Shown piece after piece: positions 1 through 9,099 of a stretch of 64,000 bases of DNA (position 1 is the first letter of the stretch; every line of letters starts with the position of its first letter). The notes beneath the pieces were generated by a model. That model was not told where the DNA came from, did not search any database, and saw only the letters and a program-made list of their open reading frames with translations. The translations under genes were made by a program, and so were the position numbers. The DNA is from Puniceicoccaceae bacterium (GTDB lineage: Bacteria; Verrucomicrobiota; Verrucomicrobiia; Opitutales; JAFGAQ01). The stretch is taken from assembly GCA_028285755.1 (NCBI GenBank), contig JANQOQ010000006.1, positions 966,160-1,030,159 of the forward strand, given 5' to 3'.

Positions 1-928
1 CAGTGATCGAGCCTTCTTCACCCATACCGCTGCGTTCAAGAATTTTAGGCAGCAACGAAAAAACGGAGGGTGTATAACCACGGCTCGTAGGCGGCTCCCC
101 GACGGTCAGGCCGATTTCACGCTGGGCCATGGCCAGGCGTGTTACAGAATCCATCAAAAACAGAACATTTTTCCCCTCATCTCTGAATTTCTCAGCAACC
201 CGGGTCGCAAGTTTTGCTGCGCGTATACGCATCGTGGCGGACTGATCGGAAGTGGAAACAATTACAACACTCCGCTTCATGCCTTCCGGCCCCAAATCCT
301 TTTCAATAAATTCACGCAACTCACGACCCCGTTCCCCAACCAGTGCGATCACATTCACATCGGAACTGCCTCCGCGTGCGAGCATACCCAGCAAAGTGGA
401 CTTACCCACACCACTACCCGCAAAGATTCCCAGGCGCTGACCAATGCCGACCGGTATAAATGCATCAATCGCTTTCACTCCGGTCTCAAATCCCTCGGTG
501 ATGCGCTTCTTTTTGAGCGGATTTATAATGTCGCTCGTGCGAAATTCGGAATGCTCTGCATTCAGATTGCCTTTCGCATCCAGGGGATGGCCGAGACCAT
601 CGAGCACACGTCCGAGCAACGCTGTACCCACGGGGATGCGGTTGCCCCGGGGGGAAGCGACTACCTGACAACCCGGATGCAGACTGCTGGTCTCCTCCAA
701 GGGCATCAGTAATACACGGTTGCCCCGAAAGCCGACAACCTCTGCCATGAAGCGATCCTGGTGACGGTCGGAGTTGATCTCACAAATCTGCCCAATGGGC
801 ACATCCGGCCCCTCACTCTCGATGACCAGGCCGGCCACATCCATCACACGCCCCACTTTTTCCACGGGTTGGAAGCGCTCAAGCCGTTGGTTCATTTTGT
901 TAAACCTGTCCTGTACCGACCACTGCAT
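1..928 (-). CDS. fliI: Flagellar type III export ATPase FliI (C-terminal part runs off the window edge)
   Basis: Absent from the ORF track because it is open at the window edge. My reverse-strand translation from the ATG at 928 gives Walker A 'AGSGVGKSTL' (approx. 390-430). Bases 1-240 give 'NVLFLMDSVTRLAMAQREIGLTVGEPPTSRGYTPSVFSLLPKILERSG', the FliI/F1-beta-type core. The start lies 2 nt after the fliH stop. Confidence 0.9.
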   Translation of the reverse strand, partial: MQWSVQDRFNKMNQRLERFQPVEKVGRVMDVAGLVIESEGPDVPIGQICEINSDRHQDRFMAEVVGFRGNRVLLMPLEETSSLHPGCQVVASPRGNRIPVGTALLGRVLDGLGHPLDAKGNLNAEHSEFRTSDIINPLKKKRITEGFETGVKAIDAFIPVGIGQRLGIFAGSGVGKSTLLGMLARGGSSDVNVIALVGERGRELREFIEKDLGPEGMKRSVVIVSTSDQSATMRIRAAKLATRVAEKFRDEGKNVLFLMDSVTRLAMAQREIGLTVGEPPTSRGYTPSVFSLLPKILERSGMGEEGSIT

Positions 929-930
929 GT

Positions 931-1521
931 TTAACCCTCCAACTGATCCTGAATGTGTTTGAGTTTAGTCTCCATACGCGCATCAATCGCGCCGAACAGG
1001 CTCTCCGCACGGCAATCGCCGCTGGAAAGCTCCGAATCATCCTGAAACGAAATATTCGGATAATTTTGCTCCAACTCGCTGGTAAAAGTCTTGAACACCT
1101 CCAAATCACGGGGACTCAAGTAGACATCCATCGGTTGCTTACCTGAGGGTAAATCATGCAGTACATCATCGATGATTCCCTGAATAGCCTTCCCATCCAG
1201 CTCGATCCCCTTAATGAGCTGGCGGACGATATGTGTAACCAGACCCGGGATCTCATCCAGCATATCATGCATACATTTTTCGACCTTCTCATCCATCACC
1301 TCGAGAGTCTGCCCCAACAATTGGTGCACTTCACGGCGGTTATGCAGAATCTGCTGATTCATAACATCCGTAGCCTCCTGCTTGCCACGCTCGTAGGCGG
1401 CTTCTTCACGCTTGACCACTTCATCGTGATCTACCCGTGCGGGCCCCGAATAAACAACGGATACTTCCCGCAACGACTTATCAAAGGTAATGTTTTTAAA
1501 CGACAACACGGTCTGATCCAT
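931..1521 (-). CDS. fliH: Flagellar assembly protein FliH
   Basis: 196-aa ORF between fliG and fliI in the canonical order. Charged N-terminal half and a FliH/V-ATPase-E-like C-terminal half. The call rests mainly on synteny. Confidence 0.7.
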   Translation of the reverse strand: MDQTVLSFKNITFDKSLREVSVVYSGPARVDHDEVVKREEAAYERGKQEATDVMNQQILHNRREVHQLLGQTLEVMDEKVEKCMHDMLDEIPGLVTHIVRQLIKGIELDGKAIQGIIDDVLHDLPSGKQPMDVYLSPRDLEVFKTFTSELEQNYPNISFQDDSELSSGDCRAESLFGAIDARMETKLKHIQDQLEG

Positions 1522-2524
1522 CCTGATCGATTGATATTTCCCCGTCCTCCTCGAGTTTGCGGACGGTTTGTATAATTTTGTCCTGGGCTGCCTCTACTTC
1601 CTTCAGGCGTACCGGACCCAGCAGCTCCATTTCTTCCTCGAGGGTTTCGGCGGCACGTTTCGAGATCGAAGACATGATCGCTTCCTTGAGGTTCGGATTG
1701 ACGGACTTGAGCGCGATGGTGAGATCGCCCATATCGATTTCGCGCGTAACGCGCTGAAGGTCTGCCTGCTGAAGCCGCAGCAAATCGTCGAAGCTAAAGA
1801 GCTTCTTGCGCACGGCGTTTCCGATATTCGGATTTTTTTCTTCCAGGCGGCTTAGGATGGTCTTGCTGGTATCCTTATCGAGTGAGTTCAGTAAGTCTGC
1901 CACACGGCGGACGCCCCCACTTTGATTGAAAGTCTGCTTTTCGTCGTATTCCAGATTGCGCGCAAGAGTCGAGACCACTTTGTTCACGAGTTCAAGGGCG
2001 GTCGACTCCATGGAGCCGATGCGTTCCACCACTTCCTCACGCACCTCGGCGGCAAACATCTTGATCAATGAAGACGCTTTGGAAATGTGCAGATAGGAGA
2101 TGATAAAGGCGATGGTTTGAGGCTGCTCATTGCGGATCAAATTGTAGATCTGGCGAGGCTCGAGAGTTGCGATTTCTTCGATGATCTGCACCGAACTACC
2201 CACAGGCGCTACACGACCGAGGATGCTGGATGCGCGGAAATCCCCCTTTGCGAGCTCCAGGGTTTTCTGCGCGTAGGAAGCTCCCCCCAAGGTTGCAACC
2301 GCACTACGACTTACGATCCCGTAGAAGTCATCGATCACCTTCTTTTTTACATCATAGTCAATGATTTCAAAACCCGACATTTCCTTGACGAGCATCTCCA
2401 CATCGGGATCTTCAAAATTCTTTAAAATCTCAGAAGCGATGTCAGGCCCGATAACAATAAGGAACAAGGCCAGTTTCTGGAGCTTTCCTAGCTTCTCATA
2501 CTCGATATTGGGTAATGCATCCAT
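1496..2524 (-). CDS. fliG: Flagellar motor switch protein FliG
   Basis: 342 aa. Typical FliG N-terminus ('KLQKLALFLIVIGPDIASEILKNF') and the C-terminal torque-helix region ('RKKLFSFDDLLRL...REIDMGDLTIALK...ISKRAAETLEEEME'). Confidence 0.95.
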   Translation of the reverse strand: MDALPNIEYEKLGKLQKLALFLIVIGPDIASEILKNFEDPDVEMLVKEMSGFEIIDYDVKKKVIDDFYGIVSRSAVATLGGASYAQKTLELAKGDFRASSILGRVAPVGSSVQIIEEIATLEPRQIYNLIRNEQPQTIAFIISYLHISKASSLIKMFAAEVREEVVERIGSMESTALELVNKVVSTLARNLEYDEKQTFNQSGGVRRVADLLNSLDKDTSKTILSRLEEKNPNIGNAVRKKLFSFDDLLRLQQADLQRVTREIDMGDLTIALKSVNPNLKEAIMSSISKRAAETLEEEMELLGPVRLKEVEAAQDKIIQTVRKLEEDGEISIDQDGSDRVVV

Positions 2525-2547
2525 GGTTTAGGCTTTCTTCAAAGGGT

Positions 2548-4122
2548 TTAACTATCAGGGAACGCCCAGTTTTTGAGGGCCGAGCTGACTTTTTCAGGAC
2601 TCTGCTTAACGAGCTCATTGAGGAGTTCCGGCGAAATGGTGGGAGTTACATCCTTGGCGATATCTACGGATTTACTGGGCTCAGGTCCTAAAACTTCAAA
2701 TTGGTCCTTGCGCTGGCCACCTGTTTTCAGCATGCGGAAAAACAGCAGTAACATGACCGCCGAGATTCCGAGCGCGATGAAGTTCTTCGAAATATCCAGA
2801 ATATTGGAGTAGTCCGAAATTCCTCCGCTACCCCCTGCGATCATATCCGCATAGTTATTTTGTTGAAATTCAAGTTCCTCAATGGTCACCTTACGATTGA
2901 GCTCTTCCTGATCATTGAAATTGATGCCAAGAGCATTCACGACCATGAGTTGGATACGCTCCAGCTGTTCCTGAGTACGGGGTCGGGGCTCCAACACGCC
3001 TTCGCCGACATCCTCAAACTGGAGAGCAAGAAATACCGCTGCGGTGATGTCATTGATTGAGCCGGGATTCTGAATCGTTTCAATCCGGGTCTTATTAAAT
3101 TCGTAAGTCATATCCCGGCTGTTTTGAGTCTCCTGGCTATTGGACGTAATATTGTCCTCCTGCGATTCCCCGGAATCACTTTCTACGTTGGACTGCTCAC
3201 CCACCACGCTGCGGTTGGAAGTTTCAGAATTAACCGTTGTGCTATCGGTAATATTCTCCATGCGCACCACTTGGGTATCCGGATCCACCTGCTCCTGGAC
3301 TTGGGTCCTTGCTTCCATATCCAAGCCTACGGATACTCTCACAACTACCTGCTCCTGCCCGACGACCTTGCCCAGCATGCTTTCCACTTTATCCGTGTAG
3401 TAGTCTTCCAATGATTTACGGTATTTGAGCTGGCTGGAAGTCATTCCGCCGATTCCCTCATCTTTCAGGGAGGCCGAAAGCACGTTCCCCTTGTTATCAA
3501 CCACCGTTACATCATTGATATCCAGCCCTTCCACAGCACCACTTACCAGTGAGCGGATAGAGTCCACGGCCTCCAGCTGCAACTTGCGCGAGCTGGTATC
3601 CACAAATACGGATGCGGTCGGCTTTTTCGCAGCCCCATTGATGAGGAGCTCATTTTCCGGCTTTACTATCATCACTTTGGATGAATTTACACCGTCAAGC
3701 TGGTTAATCGTGCGCATGAGTTCGCCCTGAATAGCGCGAATGTAGTTCGTACGCTGCACGAAGTTACTGATCCCGAAGCTGCCTCCGTCAAAAATTTCGT
3801 AACCGACTCCACCACCACTGGGAATTCCGTCCGAAGCAAGGCTCATACGCGTGGCATGCACCTCAACGCTGTCTACATATATGGTGTTGCCCCCATTACG
3901 GATTTCATAGTTTACCCCCAGAGATTCGACAGCTTCTACTACTTCCGACATCTCCTTGGCATCCAGTCCGCCATAGAGCAATTGTAGTTTGGGCCGGCCT
4001 GCCCACATCAGCAAACCGACCACAACTACTACTATCCCTAATCCTGCTAATATAAGGGAGATTCTCTGGCTGGGCCCGATCTCTCCCCAAAGTCTCTTTA
4101 TTTGTGCAAAAACGTCATTCAT
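2548..4122 (-). CDS. fliF: Flagellar M-ring protein FliF
   Basis: 524 aa. N-terminal TM segment, a periplasmic YscJ/FliF-type domain ('LLYGGLDAKEMSEVVEAVESLGVNYEI'), a second TM near the C-terminus, and synteny. Confidence 0.9.
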   Translation of the reverse strand: MNDVFAQIKRLWGEIGPSQRISLILAGLGIVVVVVGLLMWAGRPKLQLLYGGLDAKEMSEVVEAVESLGVNYEIRNGGNTIYVDSVEVHATRMSLASDGIPSGGGVGYEIFDGGSFGISNFVQRTNYIRAIQGELMRTINQLDGVNSSKVMIVKPENELLINGAAKKPTASVFVDTSSRKLQLEAVDSIRSLVSGAVEGLDINDVTVVDNKGNVLSASLKDEGIGGMTSSQLKYRKSLEDYYTDKVESMLGKVVGQEQVVVRVSVGLDMEARTQVQEQVDPDTQVVRMENITDSTTVNSETSNRSVVGEQSNVESDSGESQEDNITSNSQETQNSRDMTYEFNKTRIETIQNPGSINDITAAVFLALQFEDVGEGVLEPRPRTQEQLERIQLMVVNALGINFNDQEELNRKVTIEELEFQQNNYADMIAGGSGGISDYSNILDISKNFIALGISAVMLLLFFRMLKTGGQRKDQFEVLGPEPSKSVDIAKDVTPTISPELLNELVKQSPEKVSSALKNWAFPDS

Positions 4123-4150
4123 GATCCAACTGCCTTATTCTAAAGATTGA

Positions 4151-4678
4151 TTACACCTGCATGCGCATGACCTGCTGGTAAGATTCCATCAGCTTGTTTC
4201 TTACTTCGACCATCAGTGTGAAAGAGACGCTGGCCTCCTGCATCGCGACCATGCTCTGGTGCAGGTTGTCGACTTCCCCGGTCATGACCTTTTTGAGTTC
4301 ATGCACAGAAGTTTTGCCTTTGGCATCTACCTCACGCACCAAGTCACCAATCAGATCGGTGAACGTGGGTGAATTGGGGCTGCCTGTAGGTCTGAAGCTA
4401 ACCGAAGGTCTCTCAGAGATCCCCTCCCCGATCTTAGGCAATTGAAATTGTTCCAGATCCTCGACACTCGTGATTTGGCCGACATTCGGGATTCCGAAGC
4501 TCTCGAGCTGGTTCATAAAGCTCGCTGCATTGGGGGAAGTTCCATTCGTTCCCTGCGAGCCTTCAGTGCCTCCGGTTTCAAGCTGCTTGACTATACTATT
4601 CAGGTTATTCGGTAGGCCCTGGATATTCAGATTTCCCCCAATGGGATTGGAGGATAATGATTGGATTCCTGGTATCAT
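4151..4678 (-). CDS. fliE: Flagellar hook-basal body protein FliE (with long N-terminal extension)
   Basis: The C-terminal ~95 aa ('TFTDLIGDLVREVDAKGK...LHQSMVAMQEASVSFTLMVEVRNKLMESYQQVMRMQV') match the FliE pattern. Synteny supports the call. Confidence 0.85.
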   Translation of the reverse strand: MIPGIQSLSSNPIGGNLNIQGLPNNLNSIVKQLETGGTEGSQGTNGTSPNAASFMNQLESFGIPNVGQITSVEDLEQFQLPKIGEGISERPSVSFRPTGSPNSPTFTDLIGDLVREVDAKGKTSVHELKKVMTGEVDNLHQSMVAMQEASVSFTLMVEVRNKLMESYQQVMRMQV

Positions 4679-4694
4679 GATGGTTTAGCGTAGT

Positions 4695-5129
4695 TTAGAA
4701 ATTGATATTGATGGCCTGCTGGGCGAGCTGACGCGAAGTGCGCATGACTGCAAGATTAGCCTCATAGCTGCGGGAGGACGAAATCATGTCCACCATCTCG
4801 ATCGCCATGTTTACATTGGGGAGTTTAACCATGCCGTTTTCGTCCGCATGCGGATGTCCGGGATTATAAACAGACTTAAAGGGGGTCATATCATCCTTGA
4901 TATCACCTACCTGAACTCCTTTTAGATCCTTGAGAGCCATCCCATCCGACACGCTCGGCATCACATCATCGAGCCGTGCCTCAAATGTGATCATTTTTCT
5001 GCGATAGGGCTCACCGGTTCCGGTTTTGGTGGTATTGGCATTTGCTATATTTTGCGCGATCACCTCCATACGCAGCTTTTCTGCATCCAGTGCACCAGCG
5101 GTGATATTAGCTCCAGGTAGTAAATCCAT
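4695..5129 (-). CDS. flgC: Flagellar basal-body rod protein FlgC
   Basis: 144 aa. Carries 'VIAQNIANANTT...PYRRK' and the C-terminal 'MISSSRSYEANLAVMRTSRQLAQQAI' rod-protein motifs. Confidence 0.95.
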   Translation of the reverse strand: MDLLPGANITAGALDAEKLRMEVIAQNIANANTTKTGTGEPYRRKMITFEARLDDVMPSVSDGMALKDLKGVQVGDIKDDMTPFKSVYNPGHPHADENGMVKLPNVNMAIEMVDMISSSRSYEANLAVMRTSRQLAQQAININF

Positions 5130-5145
5130 AGTCGTTCAGTGCGGG

Positions 5146-5535
5146 TTATCGGGTAGCGGTGTTCCCCGTGATTGCGGTTTTAATTTTGCCGAAGGAGCTG
5201 CCCATGTATTTCGTGAGAAATTCATACTCCAGGGCATTGCGATTCATCGCGAGCAGCTCATTTTCGAGCTTTACATTATTACCATCCGGGCGAACAGCTG
5301 CAGTGTTCTGATCCTCAGCGACCTTGTGGTTAAAATGGTTGAGTTGATTGATATCCCCGGTTTTCAATAGCTCTTCGAACTGGAGCTGATTGCGTGGATC
5401 AATATCGATGCGCTTGTAGCCCGGAGTCTCGATATTGGCAATATTCGCGGCAATCGCCTGATGCTTGATCATGCTTTGGTCCATCATGGCCTGGGCCATC
5501 TGGTAACTCTCACGGTCGAATAGTGCTTCAATCAT
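5146..5535 (-). CDS. flgB: Flagellar basal-body rod protein FlgB
   Basis: Carries the 'AIAANIANIETPGYKR' rod motif. I prefer the internal ATG at 5535 (MIEALFDRESYQ...), which places the NIAN motif at the usual distance from the N-terminus. The track start at 5565 adds 10 aa that overlap a promoter-like motif. Confidence 0.9.
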   Translation of the reverse strand: MIEALFDRESYQMAQAMMDQSMIKHQAIAANIANIETPGYKRIDIDPRNQLQFEELLKTGDINQLNHFNHKVAEDQNTAAVRPDGNNVKLENELLAMNRNALEYEFLTKYMGSSFGKIKTAITGNTATR

Positions 5536-5546
5536 GCACGTCCGAA

Positions 5547-5562
5547 AGCAACCACCATGCCA
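5547..5562 (-). promoter_or_regulatory. Sigma-54-type (-24/-12) promoter-like motif upstream of flgB
   Basis: The minus strand reads TGGCAT-GGTGG-TTGCT, with exact GG-N10-GC spacing against the consensus TGGCAC-N5-TTGCW. The GC element lies about 12 nt from the flgB ATG at 5535. Confidence 0.4.
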
Positions 5563-5809
5563 CATAACTCAAGAAACACTCAAGCCATTGATTCTAAAAG
5601 CTTTATGAAACAGTCATGTGACCCCGAAAGTATCAGAGAACTCACCGAGGCAATAATTGCCGAGTTCCACTTTACTTGGAATATAAGCGACGAGGATCTC
5701 CCAAAATTAAAATAATCTTAAGCATAAAATCATTGTATTTATAACTTAAATTATTTAACCAGAGGTTACATTTAAGGCACTTTTGACGGAATCACCGACA
5801 GAAACTTTG

Positions 5810-7717
5810 ATGGCACAAGTCATTCTGGATCCACAGGGTCTGATAATCCATTCAGATAGTGAGTGCTTGAGTCTCTTTCCCGTGTTGGGAGAATGGGCAC
5901 CCAAAACTCCCTTCCGTAAGCTACTGCAGGAATACTCATCGGACTGGCTGGATCAATACGAGATTGCCCAGAGCACAGATACTAAAAAGTACTCGTTGGA
6001 GCATTCAGGGGATAGCCTGCCCTACCCTAAACTCTGGATACAGGAATCGCCCGATTCTGCCGGAAAGTGCCTGTCCATCGTTGCCACTAAAGAACCCGCA
6101 CAGCAGATGCCCGGGCTCGAGGATATCCTGAAGAACCCTGAGCTCATCACCCAAATGTACCTCAAGCTCCAGCGCTCAGAAAAGCGGCTGGACAGCTACA
6201 TTCGGCACTTCCCGGGCGTATTTTTTAATCAACGCAGAGATTTCTCGTTTTCCTATTTGAGCCCAAACTGCAAGAAGCTACTCGGTCTCAATCCGCAAAA
6301 ACTCGCGAAGAGCGGCTCCCAGTTTTTGTCGCTGCTTATGAGCAAAGACCGCGATTTTTTTGTCAGGGAACTTAAGCGGAATTCCGCCCAGTCCAAAGCC
6401 TTCACCATCCAGTACCGCATCAAACGAGCCAGTGATGATTCACTGGTCTATCTTACGGATGTGCGCACTCCGGTGTTTTCAGATTCTGGGATGATCCTGG
6501 GCTACGAAGGTGTCTGGCTGGATACAACGCGCCAATTTGTTGCAGAACTCAAACTCACGAGCACTGCCTGGAAGGAAAACCAGGCGATGCTGACATCCGG
6601 GCTCGTGCATGACTTCAGCAATGTGATGGCAGGGATCTACGCATTGAGCGAGCTCTACCATTCATCTTTGCATGAGTCCAACCACATGTATGAAGGTTTG
6701 GGGCAGATCAAAAAAAGCTCCATGGAGGCGCGCAAACTCGTTCGCCGTATTATTGACATTAATCGGGAAGAAGCCGGACAAAAGGGGTATCATGACGTTG
6801 AAAAACTCATTACCGATCAATTGGACTTACTCAAAATAATATTTCCCCGGGGCACTGAAATCGATTTGCAAATGACCGGCCAGGAATTGCCGGTCTACAT
6901 CGACGATGTTGAATTCAGGCAAATACTCCTGAACCTGGCGATGAATGCCAAAGATGCCCTTGTGGATAATGGGAAGATCACGATTAGCACCTCCATCGTT
7001 AATAAAGGAGAAACCATATTTAAAAATTGCATGAAGGGGCCACGTAAGGCCGCGCGCAATGGTATCATCATCCAGTTTCAGGATAATGGCACAGGCATAC
7101 AGGACACACACATCGATAAGATCTTCAACTCTTTCTTTACGACCAAAGAGATCCATAAGGGTTCTGGCTTCGGGCTATATAATATCCAGCGGATTATACG
7201 CGAATTGAATGGGATCATCGATTTTGCAACCGAGGTCGGTAAAGGCACCAGCTTTCATATTTTCCTGAATGAAGCAACTTTCACAGAAGATGATAAATCA
7301 ACCCCTGAGGAACTGATAAGCCCGGCAAAAGTAGCCCCCAAAAGGTGCCAGACCGTCGTCTACAGCACCCACGATGTCTCGGGTTTTGACCTCATTTCCA
7401 TGCTCTATGCAAAACACTGGGAAGTAATGCTCGCCCGCTCTTTTACCGAACTGCAAACCTATCTTTACGGGCTCAAGCAGAGCCCTGAAATCGCAATCAT
7501 CTATGATTTTGATGATTCCGATTCTATTCGGGATATTTGTACTTACATCAAGGATCAACACCCCGAAACTTCTTTAGCCATCGTACCGATTGGAACGAGC
7601 CCGCATATTAGTGACTATGAAGCGATTAAAGAAATTTCGCTAATCTGCGATAATTCTATGAGCCCTCAAACGATGGTTCAAAATCTTGAAAAACTGACAT
7701 CACTCCCTGTAGCTTAA
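5810..7717 (+). CDS. Sensor histidine kinase (PAS-like N-terminal region, HisKA/HATPase core, C-terminal receiver-like domain)
   Basis: H-box 'GLVHDFSNVMAGIY', N-box 'QILLNLAMNAKDAL', and G-boxes 'FQDNGTGI' and 'GSGFGLYNIQ'. The track start at 5783 is TTG, so I use the first ATG at 5810. Confidence 0.85.
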   Translation: MAQVILDPQGLIIHSDSECLSLFPVLGEWAPKTPFRKLLQEYSSDWLDQYEIAQSTDTKKYSLEHSGDSLPYPKLWIQESPDSAGKCLSIVATKEPAQQMPGLEDILKNPELITQMYLKLQRSEKRLDSYIRHFPGVFFNQRRDFSFSYLSPNCKKLLGLNPQKLAKSGSQFLSLLMSKDRDFFVRELKRNSAQSKAFTIQYRIKRASDDSLVYLTDVRTPVFSDSGMILGYEGVWLDTTRQFVAELKLTSTAWKENQAMLTSGLVHDFSNVMAGIYALSELYHSSLHESNHMYEGLGQIKKSSMEARKLVRRIIDINREEAGQKGYHDVEKLITDQLDLLKIIFPRGTEIDLQMTGQELPVYIDDVEFRQILLNLAMNAKDALVDNGKITISTSIVNKGETIFKNCMKGPRKAARNGIIIQFQDNGTGIQDTHIDKIFNSFFTTKEIHKGSGFGLYNIQRIIRELNGIIDFATEVGKGTSFHIFLNEATFTEDDKSTPEELISPAKVAPKRCQTVVYSTHDVSGFDLISMLYAKHWEVMLARSFTELQTYLYGLKQSPEIAIIYDFDDSDSIRDICTYIKDQHPETSLAIVPIGTSPHISDYEAIKEISLICDNSMSPQTMVQNLEKLTSLPVA

Positions 7718-7723
7718 CCCTAT

Positions 7724-8983
7724 ATGTCCGAAACTGATAAGCCCATACTTATAATCGACGATGAAGAGATCGTGCTTTTAGCCATCACGGAGTCCCTTCA
7801 GACTGAAGGTTATCAGATTATAAAGACCACGGATCCGCGTTATGCCATCGAACTGCTCAAGGAGCATGAGTTTTCCGTAATCATATCGGACCATCATATG
7901 CCGGGAATGACCGGTCTGGAATTTTTTGCGGAAGCTAATAAGCTGCAGCCCTTTGCCAGCCGTATACTGATAACCGGTGTGCTCACGCTAAAGGTCGTCG
8001 TAGATGCCATTAATAAAGGAGAGATTTTTCGATTTATTGCCAAACCATGGATACGCGAAGAGCTGCTCGCGACCGTAAAGAATGCCATTAACCGGCATGA
8101 GCTCATAGCACAACACAGTGCTCTGCAACAGGAGACTCAGGCAATTAATACTCAACTTAAGGCCGAGAACGACTCACTCCGCAAAGAGCTTGAAAGCCTG
8201 CGAAGCAATAAAAATCCCGAAGCGAAAACCAAGGGGCAGTATACCAAAGCACTTGAAAACGCGCTGGATCTCTGCGCGCGCTTGCTGCATCAGTTTCATC
8301 CTCAGCTCGGCCGGGAAACCACCACCACCGTAAAACTCGCAAAAGCCCTCGCTTCCAGCAGTTATCTCAGCGAGGCAGATGCCGATACGCTGGTACTGGC
8401 AGCATACTTTATAGCATTGGGTCGCATCCACATCGACGAACAAAAGTGGGAAGATTTCCTGCATCACCCCTTTGATCAAAAAACCGAGGACCTCGAATAT
8501 CTGCATAATGTACCCATATACGCTCAATTGCAGGCTACCACCCTCGAGGGCTTCGACGCGGTGCATAAAACCATTCGGGCGATTTATGAAAAATGGGATG
8601 GTACCGGATATCCGGACGCTTTGAAAGGTGAACAGATACCCGTTCCTGCCCGGTATTTGATGATTATTGTCGCTTATGTGCAAAGCCTGCGTACAACCCG
8701 CGAAACGATTGACTACATAAAATCACAAAAAGGATACGCTTTTCATCCGGAATCCACCGAACAATTTCTGGAGACCTGCACCAGCCTGAGCCATGCGAAA
8801 AAGACGCGCGAGATTATGATCTCACAGCTTCAGCCGGGAATGGTGATCTACGAAGATCTGAAATACCCATCCGGAGCAACACTGATGCCCCGGGGGTCGA
8901 CCCTGAATGCAGCGACCATCCAGATTCTCCAATCGAGCGAGTTCATAGAAAACAGTAAGCCGGCTTTGTTAATTCTCAGCTAG
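7724..8983 (+). CDS. Response regulator: REC domain + coiled coil + degenerate HD-GYP domain
   Basis: REC motifs are 'ILIIDDEE', 'VIISDHHMPGMTG' and 'FRFIAKPW'. The C-terminal domain carries 'YEKWDGTGYPDALKGEQIPVPARY' (the GYP signature). The positions that normally hold the HD and HHE metal ligands read differently. Confidence 0.85.
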   Translation: MSETDKPILIIDDEEIVLLAITESLQTEGYQIIKTTDPRYAIELLKEHEFSVIISDHHMPGMTGLEFFAEANKLQPFASRILITGVLTLKVVVDAINKGEIFRFIAKPWIREELLATVKNAINRHELIAQHSALQQETQAINTQLKAENDSLRKELESLRSNKNPEAKTKGQYTKALENALDLCARLLHQFHPQLGRETTTTVKLAKALASSSYLSEADADTLVLAAYFIALGRIHIDEQKWEDFLHHPFDQKTEDLEYLHNVPIYAQLQATTLEGFDAVHKTIRAIYEKWDGTGYPDALKGEQIPVPARYLMIIVAYVQSLRTTRETIDYIKSQKGYAFHPESTEQFLETCTSLSHAKKTREIMISQLQPGMVIYEDLKYPSGATLMPRGSTLNAATIQILQSSEFIENSKPALLILS

Positions 8984-8996
8984 CAATCCGTACAAG

Positions 8997-9027
8997 GAAA
9001 AGGCGCGAGCCTCCGACAACTCGCGCC
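8997..9027 (-). terminator. Hairpin terminator between convergent genes
   Basis: GGCGCGAG (9002-9009) pairs with CTCGCGCC (9020-9027). The minus-strand copy is followed by TTTT; the plus-strand copy has no U-tract. Confidence 0.5.
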
Positions 9028-9099
9028 CCAGTCCTTATAGTGATTGTCCTTCTATTGTCCTATTGTCTTTCCATTCCTAAACGGAAATTTTTCTATACA

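Noticed and set aside
252-668. Plus-strand ORFs (252-440, 444-668) and minus-strand ORF 486-671 at the window start
   Set aside because: All fall inside the open-ended minus-strand fliI reading frame, which carries Walker A/B ATPase motifs. The listed ORFs are out-of-frame or antisense artefacts.
5605-5715. 36-aa plus-strand ORF (MKQSCDPESIRELTEAIIAEFHFTWNISDEDLPKLK) in the flgB/kinase intergenic region
   Set aside because: No convincing ribosome-binding site and no recognisable family, and it is very short. It may be chance in a 250-bp regulatory region. Worth a tblastn check only.
8174-8683. 169-aa minus-strand ORF
   Set aside because: It is antisense to the response-regulator gene's HD-GYP domain region. 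No motifs were seen.
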